A stretch of DNA of 27,854 nt from Candidatus Krumholzibacteriota bacterium (GTDB lineage: Bacteria; Krumholzibacteriota; Krumholzibacteriia; LZORAL124-64-63): NCBI GenBank assembly GCA_039714075.1, contig JBDLKA010000042.1, forward strand, positions 1-27,854. Direction: 5' to 3'. The translations under genes and the position numbers were made by a program. This document shows positions 18,105 to 25,402 of the stretch, piece by piece; position 1 is the stretch's first letter; each line of letters opens with the position of its first letter. Below the pieces are notes generated by a model. That model was not told where the DNA came from. It did not search any database and worked only from the letters and a program-made list of their open reading frames with translations.

Positions 18105-19163
18105 ATGCTCAAGAACAGAAACATCCTGATCCTGGCCGCGGTCCTCGTGGTGCTGCTCGGAATCAGTCTGGTCCAGAAGTCCAGCTACAGGAAGAGCACC
18201 AGCCGGACCTCCACCGACACCGTCGTCGCCGGCGTGTTCACCGCCGACCAGTTGGACCGCATCACGCTGGGCCATGGTCAGGACAAGGAAGCCGTGGTGC
18301 TGGTGTCCACCCCCACCGGTTGGGTCACGGCCAGCGCCTGGGACGCCCCGGCGAACATGGCGCGCATCGACGCGCTGCTGAGCAGCGTGAGCGACCTGAG
18401 CGGGGAGTTCCGTTCCGACAGCCAAGCGGTGCTGGACGACTACGGCCTTTCCGACGACACCGCCGTGACGGTCCGCGGCTACGGCAAGGACGGCGAACTC
18501 GCCTTCGGGTTGGATATCGGGAACAAGCCCGAACGGGTCCCCGGCAACTTCGTCCGCAGCCCCGGCGCCACCGCTGTCTACCTGACCCAGACCAACCTGC
18601 TGGCCCAGCTGGGCCTGTACGAAGGTCCCGCCAGGCCGGGCAGCAAGCACTTCCTGGATCTGGAAGCGGTGAAGGAAGAACGTCTGGCGGTCGACCGGAT
18701 CATCCTGGACGACGGTGGCCTGAGGCTGGAAATGGCCAAGGAGTTCTCTCCGGCCCACCCCGTTCCAGGCTCGGGACCGGAGGCCACGGCCGCCGACGAT
18801 TCCGTGGAACTGGACCGCACGACGTGGGAATGGAAGTTGACCGCCCCCCAGGCCAAGGCCCTGGCCAAGACCAAGGCCGACGGGGTGCTGGGTTCCCTGG
18901 TCAACATCCGCGCCGTTGATGTGGACGACCCTGCGGCCGACCCCGCCGCCTTCGGTCTGGCCGAACCCGCCCGCACCGCCACGGTGGTCCGGGAAGACGG
19001 TTCGGAACTGACCCTTGAATTCGGCAACCAGAAGGAAGCCGAAGGTGACGGCCAGGCCGGGATCTGGATGAGGGTCCGCGGCAAACCCGCGGTCTGGGTC
19101 GTGACCGATTACACGGTCAAAAACATTTTCAAGACGGTGGAGGACCTTTTGCCCGAGGAATAG
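18105..19163 (+). CDS. DUF4340-domain membrane-anchored protein
   Basis: AAGGAGG RBS; N-terminal TM; two internal repeats (LDDYGL / PAAFGL); usual fourth gene after GldG-like genes. Confidence 0.8.
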   Translation: MLKNRNILILAAVLVVLLGISLVQKSSYRKSTSRTSTDTVVAGVFTADQLDRITLGHGQDKEAVVLVSTPTGWVTASAWDAPANMARIDALLSSVSDLSGEFRSDSQAVLDDYGLSDDTAVTVRGYGKDGELAFGLDIGNKPERVPGNFVRSPGATAVYLTQTNLLAQLGLYEGPARPGSKHFLDLEAVKEERLAVDRIILDDGGLRLEMAKEFSPAHPVPGSGPEATAADDSVELDRTTWEWKLTAPQAKALAKTKADGVLGSLVNIRAVDVDDPAADPAAFGLAEPARTATVVREDGSELTLEFGNQKEAEGDGQAGIWMRVRGKPAVWVVTDYTVKNIFKTVEDLLPEE

Positions 19164-19185
19164 TTTCCACCTGCAAGCCCGATGA

Positions 19186-19213
19186 CAAAGAGGCCCCACC
19201 CGGGGCCTCTTTG
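19186..19213. terminator. Stem-loop terminator after the ABC operon
   Basis: CAAAGAGGCCCC-accc-GGGGCCTCTTTG, perfect 12-bp stem. Confidence 0.8.
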
Positions 19214-19345
19214 CCATTCTCGAGGTTCTGCCCCCATCCGGCGACGGCGAGGTTTCCCTCCTGCGGACCCATGTGTTAGATTTCAACCCTCTGCCCGCTT
19301 TTCCGGGCGGGCCCCGAGGACAATCCCACTGGCAGGAGGAAAGCG

Positions 19346-20683
19346 GTGAGTGGACTGCTTCTGAAAAACGGAACCGTGCTCGACTACTTCCCGGTGGCCC
19401 TGGACGCCGAAGCCGCGCCCCGGGTCGAAACCATGGACCTGAGGGTTTCCGCCGACCGGATCACCGAACGCGGAACCGGGCTGCAGGCGACCGGACAGGA
19501 AGAGGTCATCGACCTGCAGGGCCGGGTGGTCATGCCCGGGAACGTCAACGCCCACGGCCATCTTTACGCCTCCCTGGCCGCCGGCATGCCCCAGCCCAAG
19601 GCCAGCCTGGAAACCTTCACCGACATCCTGACGGAAATCTGGTGGCCGCTGGACCGGGCCCTCGACGCGGACGCCATCTACCTGAGCGCCCTGGCGGGCA
19701 GCTGGGACGCCGTCCGGTGCGGCACCACCCTCATTTTCGACCACCACGCCAGCCTGGCCTGTGTGGGAGGATCGCTGGACCGGGTGGAAAAAGGCATCCG
19801 GGAGGTCGGCCTGCGGGGCTGCCTCTGTTACGAGGTGACCGACCGCGGCGGCAAGGGCCAGCGCGACATCACCCTCGAGGAAAATGAACGCTACCTGCAG
19901 AAGATCATGGATGCCCCCCAGTCGGGCGTGCCGTGGTTCCGGGGCATGGTCGGCGCCCACGCCAGCTTTACCCTGGAGGAGCGAACCCTGGCCTTGCTGG
20001 AGAGCATCTGCAGCCGCATGGGCGCGGGTCTGCACATCCACCTCGGTGAAGGCACCACCGACCGTGAGGTAAGCCACGACCGCGGCTGGAAGGATCCGTT
20101 GGACCGGCTGGAGGATTTCGGCCTGGTCCGGCCCGGCAGCATATTCGCCCACGGGGTGGACCTGTCCCCCATCGACATGCAGACCCTGGAGGAAAAGGGG
20201 GTCTGGCTGATCCATTGCGGTCGCTCCAACATGAACAACGGCGTGGGCCGGGCCCCGGTGGACCGTTTTCCCACCAACTGCGGGATCGGCTCCGACGGGC
20301 TGGACGACAACATGTGGGGCGAACTGCGCACCACCTATTTCCGGGGCAACGAAGGCGGGCGCGGCCCCCTGAGCCACGCCGACGCCGCCCGTTTCTGGCT
20401 GGGCAATTTCCGCCTCGCCCGCGAAATCTTCGGTGAGCCGTTCGGCAGCCTGGACAAAGGCGCTCCGGCCGACTTCATCCTGCTGGACAATTTCCAGAAG
20501 ACTCCCCTTACCACGGGCACGTGGCTTGGACACCTGCTGTTCGATTTCCACCCCTGGGACATCCACGCCGTCTACGCCGGCGGCCGCCGCGTCTATCTGA
20601 ACGGCGACAGTCCGCCCGTGGATGCGGGGCTGCTGCAGGAAACCGCGGCCCGCATCTGGAAAGCGATGGGACTGGGCGCATGA
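19346..20683 (+). CDS. ssnA: SsnA-like amidohydrolase (chlorohydrolase/deaminase family)
   Basis: NAHGHLYASLA.GM, FTDILTEIWWPLDRALD, GTTLIFDHHAS, CYEVTDRGG, GAHASFTL, HIHLGE, RSNMNNGVG, GSDG; adjacent to ygeY. Confidence 0.8.
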   Translation: MSGLLLKNGTVLDYFPVALDAEAAPRVETMDLRVSADRITERGTGLQATGQEEVIDLQGRVVMPGNVNAHGHLYASLAAGMPQPKASLETFTDILTEIWWPLDRALDADAIYLSALAGSWDAVRCGTTLIFDHHASLACVGGSLDRVEKGIREVGLRGCLCYEVTDRGGKGQRDITLEENERYLQKIMDAPQSGVPWFRGMVGAHASFTLEERTLALLESICSRMGAGLHIHLGEGTTDREVSHDRGWKDPLDRLEDFGLVRPGSIFAHGVDLSPIDMQTLEEKGVWLIHCGRSNMNNGVGRAPVDRFPTNCGIGSDGLDDNMWGELRTTYFRGNEGGRGPLSHADAARFWLGNFRLAREIFGEPFGSLDKGAPADFILLDNFQKTPLTTGTWLGHLLFDFHPWDIHAVYAGGRRVYLNGDSPPVDAGLLQETAARIWKAMGLGA

Positions 20684-21912
20684 CGGGAATGAACAACAGC
20701 GACCTGATCCGGACCCGCGTCCGTGACCGGGAAAAGGAAATCATCTCCTTCCTGAGGGACATCGTCGCGATACCCAGCCTGTCCGGACAGGAGGAAGCCG
20801 TGGTCCGGCGCATCGCCGCCGAGATGGAGAAAGTCGGCTTCGACGAAGTGGTCATCGATCCTTTGGGCAACGTCCTGGGCCGGGTGGGCGACGGCCCCCG
20901 CGTGATCGCTTTCGACGCCCACATCGACACCGTCGACGTCACCGACCACGCCCAGTGGGACTGCGACCCCTACCTTGGCAAGATCGAGGACGGCAAGGTT
21001 TTCGGACGGGGCGCGGTGGACCAGAAGGCGGGCATGGCCGGCATGGTCCATGCCGGAGCCGTCATGAAGGAACTGGGGCTGCTGGAGGGCGTGCAGGTCT
21101 GGATGGTCGGCTCGGTCATGGAAGAGGATTGCGACGGATTGTGCTGGCACCACATCCTGGCCGAAAAAACCCTCGCCCCCGAACTGGTCGTATCCACCGA
21201 GCCGACGGGGCTGCGGATCAACCGCGGCCAAAGGGGCCGGATGGAGATACGGGTCCGGGTCAAGGGCCGCTCCTGCCACGGCAGCATGCCGCACCTGGGC
21301 GACAACGCGATCTACAGGATCGCGCCCGCCGTCCAGGCCATCGAAAAGCTCAACGGGAACCTGAAAGACGATCCTTTCCTGGGCAAGGGAACCTGCACGG
21401 TGACCTGGATCGGCAGCCAGGGACCGAGCCTCTGCGCCGTGCCCGACGAGGCGGAGTTCCATATCGACCGCCGCTTGACCGTCGGGGAAACACGCCAGTC
21501 CGCCCTCGCCGAAGTGGAAGCCGCACTGGCAGCTGCGGGAGTCGAGGCCGAAGTTTTCACCCTCGTCTACGAGGAGGAAGCCTGGACCGGACTGGTCTAC
21601 CCCATGGATAAATATTATCCTACCTGGGTGCTGGACGAGGGGCATCCCGCCCTGGCCGCCGCCGGCCGGGCCTTCACGCGGGTGACCGGACATGAACCGG
21701 AGGTTTCCCGGTGGACCTTCAGCACCAATGGGGTGGCCATCATGGGCCTGCACGGCGTCCCTTGTTTCGGTTTCGGACCGGGCCGGGAAGACGTCGCCCA
21801 TTCGGCCAACGAACACGTGCCCACCGAGGATGTCCTGACCGCCTGCGCCTTTTACGCGGCCTTTCCCGGGGAAATGGTCGCTGATTCGCTTCCTTCAATC
21901 GAGGACGCCTAG
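20680..21912 (+). CDS. ygeY: YgeY-family M20 metallohydrolase
   Basis: ATGA overlap; FDAHIDTV, GRGAVDQK, VMEEDCDGLCW, EPT, RGQRGRMEI, DRRLT.GE, WTFSTNGV, GFGPG.E..AH. Confidence 0.9.
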   Translation: MTGMNNSDLIRTRVRDREKEIISFLRDIVAIPSLSGQEEAVVRRIAAEMEKVGFDEVVIDPLGNVLGRVGDGPRVIAFDAHIDTVDVTDHAQWDCDPYLGKIEDGKVFGRGAVDQKAGMAGMVHAGAVMKELGLLEGVQVWMVGSVMEEDCDGLCWHHILAEKTLAPELVVSTEPTGLRINRGQRGRMEIRVRVKGRSCHGSMPHLGDNAIYRIAPAVQAIEKLNGNLKDDPFLGKGTCTVTWIGSQGPSLCAVPDEAEFHIDRRLTVGETRQSALAEVEAALAAAGVEAEVFTLVYEEEAWTGLVYPMDKYYPTWVLDEGHPALAAAGRAFTRVTGHEPEVSRWTFSTNGVAIMGLHGVPCFGFGPGREDVAHSANEHVPTEDVLTACAFYAAFPGEMVADSLPSIEDA

Positions 21913-21985
21913 GCTTGTTGCCAAGGCCAACCGACGGAATCTATTGATTTTACTTGGTTTTCCGCACTTTGGCGGCGAAATTGGT

Positions 21986-22015
21986 TTGACAATTATGTGG
22001 GTGTTTTGATATAAT
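21986..22015 (+). promoter_or_regulatory. Consensus sigma70 promoter with extended -10
   Basis: TTGACA (21986-21991), 18 bp spacer, TATAAT (22010-22015) preceded by TGn. Confidence 0.8.
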
Positions 22016-22095
22016 ATCAGAATCGCCCAAGGTTCTCCGGGACCCTTCCCCGCGGTCCACGAACCTTGTCAAAACCCTCTCGGAACGGGAGCTGT

Positions 22096-22725
22096 ATGAT
22101 GAACAAGTTAATGATTCTTGTGTCCGTGTTCTGCCTGATGGCCGGTGTCGCTTCCGCCCAGACAGATGATCTTCTGATTACCGAGTATCTGGAAGGGTCG
22201 GGCAACAACAAGGCCCTCGAGATCTTCAACGGCACCGAGGACTTCATCGATCTGGGCGCCTACACCATCGAGCGCTATTCCAACGGCAGCACCACGTCGA
22301 CCAGTATCCCCCTGCCCACCGTGGACCTCCAGCCCGGTGACACCTGGGTCGTCGTCCACAACCTGGCCGAAGCGTCCCTGCTGGCCCTGGCCGACCAGAC
22401 CGACGCCAACCTCAATTTCAACGGTGACGACGCCCTGGTCCTGATGTACGCCGGCACCCAGCCCGTGGACAGTTTCGGCCGCGTCGGCGAGGATCCCGGC
22501 GACTACTGGGCCTGTTCCGGCGGCAACACCCAGAACCACACCCTGCGCCGGTTGAGCAGCATCTGCCACGGCGACACGGTCGTCGATGACGTCTTCGACG
22601 CCTGTCTTGAATTCTCATTTTTCCCCAGCGACACGTTTTCCGGCATCGGCACCCACATCGCCGACTGCGGCGCCGTGGGCGACACCGACCCCAGCTGGGG
22701 ATCCCTTAAGGCGAGTTTCAGGTAA
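22096..22725 (+). CDS. Secreted stand-alone lamin-tail-domain (LTD) protein with C-terminal SWGSLKASFR tag
   Basis: Signal peptide, LLITEYLEGSGNNKALEIFNG, NFNGDDALVL, VDSFGRVGEDPG, NHTLRR, resembling the LTD of ExeM/NucH-type nucleases; no catalytic domain. Confidence 0.85.
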   Translation: MMNKLMILVSVFCLMAGVASAQTDDLLITEYLEGSGNNKALEIFNGTEDFIDLGAYTIERYSNGSTTSTSIPLPTVDLQPGDTWVVVHNLAEASLLALADQTDANLNFNGDDALVLMYAGTQPVDSFGRVGEDPGDYWACSGGNTQNHTLRRLSSICHGDTVVDDVFDACLEFSFFPSDTFSGIGTHIADCGAVGDTDPSWGSLKASFR

Positions 22726-22748
22726 ACGGCCGGCCTGTTTTTCCGCTC

Positions 22749-22780
22749 AACCGCCCGCCCTCCCGGCGGGCGGTTTTTTT
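22749..22780 (+). terminator. Rho-independent terminator
   Basis: AACCGCCCGCC-ctccc-GGCGGGCGGTT plus a T-run. Confidence 0.9.
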
Positions 22781-22869
22781 ATACCGGCAACCGACTTGCG
22801 GGTTTGCCTTGGGTCCGGGCCTTGGGGTATTGTTCGGCTGAATAATCAAGACCACCGAAAGGGATAGAA

Positions 22870-23847
22870 ATGGCCAAGGATCTTCGCGGCAGGCACTTCA
22901 TCACCACCCAGGAATGGACCGACGATGAAATCGAGCTTGTCCTGGCGACCAGCACGGAACTGAAGGAAAAATTCGCCACCGGCGAACCGCACCGGCTGCT
23001 GCCGGACAAGACCCTGTTCATGATGTTCTACGAACAGAGCACCCGGACCCGGAACTCGTTCGAAGCCGGCATGACCCAGCTGGGTGGCCACGCCCACGAC
23101 CTGACCCCCGACAAACTGCAGGTCAGCCACGGCGAGACGGCCGAAGACACCGCCCGCGTCTTGAGTCGGTTCGGGCACGGCATCAGCATCCGCAACTGCG
23201 ACTGGGGCGTGGGCAACCGGTTCATCCGCACGGTGGCGGAAATGAGCACGGTCCCGGTCATCAACATGCAGTGCGACCTGTACCATCCCTGCCAGGCGCT
23301 GGCGGACCTGATGACCATCCGTGAAAAATTTCCCGACGGCATCCGCGGCCGCAAGATGGTCGTCAGTTGGACCTACGCGCCCAGTTACGTTCGACCTATT
23401 TCGGTTCCTCAGTCAGAGATTTTGCTGATGACCCGGTTCGGGCTGGATGTGACCCTGGCCCACCCGCCCGAGTTCAAGCTCCTGCCTGAGATGGTGGCCC
23501 AGGCCAAGGCCAACGCCGCGGCGTCGGGATCGAAATTCGAGATGGTCGACGACATGGACGCCGCCTTCGAGGGCGCCCACGTGGTCTATCCCAAGAGTTG
23601 GGGATGTCTGGTTCACGAACCCGATCGCGAAGCCGCCGTGCAGCACATCGAAAAATATCCCGGCTGGGTGTGCAACGAAGAGAGGATGGCGCTCACGCAG
23701 TCAGACTCCATCTACATGCACCCGCTGCCGGCCAGCCGCGGCGCCGAGGTCACCGACGCGGTGATCGACGGGCCGCACTCGGTGGTCTGGGACGAGGCCG
23801 AAAACCGGCTGCACACCGCCAAGGCCCTGATGGGCCTGACCATGTAG
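22870..23847 (+). CDS. YgeW-like (knotted-type) carbamoyltransferase
   Basis: STRT, HPCQ, HPLP, EAENRLH. SWTYAPSYVRPISVPQS and YPKSW resemble YgeW/AOTCase-type loops rather than the anabolic OTCase DxxxSMG motif. Confidence 0.82.
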   Translation: MAKDLRGRHFITTQEWTDDEIELVLATSTELKEKFATGEPHRLLPDKTLFMMFYEQSTRTRNSFEAGMTQLGGHAHDLTPDKLQVSHGETAEDTARVLSRFGHGISIRNCDWGVGNRFIRTVAEMSTVPVINMQCDLYHPCQALADLMTIREKFPDGIRGRKMVVSWTYAPSYVRPISVPQSEILLMTRFGLDVTLAHPPEFKLLPEMVAQAKANAAASGSKFEMVDDMDAAFEGAHVVYPKSWGCLVHEPDREAAVQHIEKYPGWVCNEERMALTQSDSIYMHPLPASRGAEVTDAVIDGPHSVVWDEAENRLHTAKALMGLTM

Positions 23848-23855
23848 GAGGATCG

Positions 23856-25160
23856 ATGAGCGGCCCGCTGGACAGTTTACCCGCCGTCGCCTGCAATCCC
23901 CACTGGATTGGATACCGGTGCGTGGTCTGCGACCGGGAATACGAAGCCGGATACGACGGCTTCGTGTGCGCAGACTGCGGCGTGGACGGGATTCTTGACG
24001 TGGTATACGACTATTCCGCCATCAGGAATGCCGGGCCGGTCACGGATCCCGGCCTGGGCGGGCTGTGGGGTTTCGCACCGCTGCTTCCGGTCCGACCCCA
24101 GGCAGATCATCATGCCTGGAACCTGGGTCGAACTCCGGCCCACAGGGCTGACCGTCTGGCTGCTCATCTGGGCCTTCATTCGCTGGTGCTCAAGGACGAC
24201 ACCTGCTTGCCTTCGGCCAGCCTCAAGGACCGGGCCGCGGCCGTGGCGATAGCCCGCGCACGGCAGTTGGGCATCGACCATCTGGCTTGCGCATCGACCG
24301 GCAACGCCGCGACCAGCCTGGCGGTCCTGGCCGCCAGGGCAGGAATGACCTCCACCATTTTCGTCCCCGCCTCGGCTCCACGTGCAAAGCTGGCCCAGTT
24401 GGTCCTGCACGGCGCCACGGTCATTCCGGTGGACGGTTCCTATGATCAGGCCTTCGATCTGTCGCTGAAGGAAATTACCAAATACGGCTGGTACAGCCGC
24501 AACTGCGCCCACAATCCCCTACTGGTCGAAGGGAAAAAAACCGCGGCGCTGGAACTGGCATGGTCACTGACCGGTGGGTTCACCGGGAACGACCGGGATC
24601 TACCCGATGCCGTAATGGTCCCGGTGGGTGACGGTTGCATCATATCCTCGGTGTGCAAAGCCTTCAGGGAATTGCACGAGGTCGGCATGATAGGCAAGAT
24701 CCCCCGGGTTATCGGGGTCCAGGCGGCCGGGGCCTCGCCTTTGGCCCGGGCCTGGGCTGCCGCCGGAAAATCGCCGGCTGAACTTTCCGGGCCCGAAATC
24801 CTGACCGCCGTCCGCCCGGTGGTTGCGCAGACCATCGCCGATTCCATCCAGGTCGGCACCCCTCGCAACCGGGTCAAGGCCTGGAAAAACATTACCGCCT
24901 GCGGCGGGGCCTTCCTGGCGGTCGAAGATGAATCCATCGTGGAAGCCATCAGTATGTTGGCGCGTTTGGCGGGTATCTTTGCCGAACCCTCGGGTGCGGC
25001 CGGACTGGCAGGGATTATCACGGCGCTGGATCAGGGTCTGGTCAACAACAAGGAAAATATCGCCGTGCTGGTAACCGGCCACGGCCTGAAGGACCCGGGT
25101 GCCGGTTTGACCGGAATGACCATGCCTGACCCCGTTCCACCCCTCCCGGCGGGGGATTGA
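23856..25160 (+). CDS. Threonine-synthase-like fold-type II PLP enzyme with N-terminal zinc ribbon
   Basis: AGGAGG RBS; CVVC..CADC; SASLKDR (PLP lysine), ACASTGNA, VEGKKT, PVGDG, FAEPSGAA, VTGHGLKD. Confidence 0.85.
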   Translation: MSGPLDSLPAVACNPHWIGYRCVVCDREYEAGYDGFVCADCGVDGILDVVYDYSAIRNAGPVTDPGLGGLWGFAPLLPVRPQADHHAWNLGRTPAHRADRLAAHLGLHSLVLKDDTCLPSASLKDRAAAVAIARARQLGIDHLACASTGNAATSLAVLAARAGMTSTIFVPASAPRAKLAQLVLHGATVIPVDGSYDQAFDLSLKEITKYGWYSRNCAHNPLLVEGKKTAALELAWSLTGGFTGNDRDLPDAVMVPVGDGCIISSVCKAFRELHEVGMIGKIPRVIGVQAAGASPLARAWAAAGKSPAELSGPEILTAVRPVVAQTIADSIQVGTPRNRVKAWKNITACGGAFLAVEDESIVEAISMLARLAGIFAEPSGAAGLAGIITALDQGLVNNKENIAVLVTGHGLKDPGAGLTGMTMPDPVPPLPAGD

Positions 25161-25402
25161 ATCACCGCCCCTGGCCCGGGGTGGGTCCCTCCTCCAACAC
25201 CCTCCAATTAAAAGACTTCGAAATCCCTGGGTGCCGGAAAATAGAGGCATTTCCTGAACCGGTTTTCCCGCGATAATTGGCAGAATTTAAAAAAGACAAT
25301 TAAGGTATGGTTTGACCACCAAACGTGTATGACGCGGTGGGGTTGGGTGAGGCGCTGTGGACCGTCGGCATAGACGTGAATCACAAAATGAAAGGACTCA
25401 CC

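Noticed and set aside
16326..19286. 986-aa minus-strand ORF
   Set aside because: Antisense shadow of the GldG-like and DUF4340 genes; composition typical of reverse-frame reads.
22870..23847. Annotation as anabolic ornithine or aspartate carbamoyltransferase (argF/pyrB)
   Set aside because: Lacks the DxxxSMG and RxQxER loops; has YgeW-type WxYxPSY and KSW loops and lies near ygeY.
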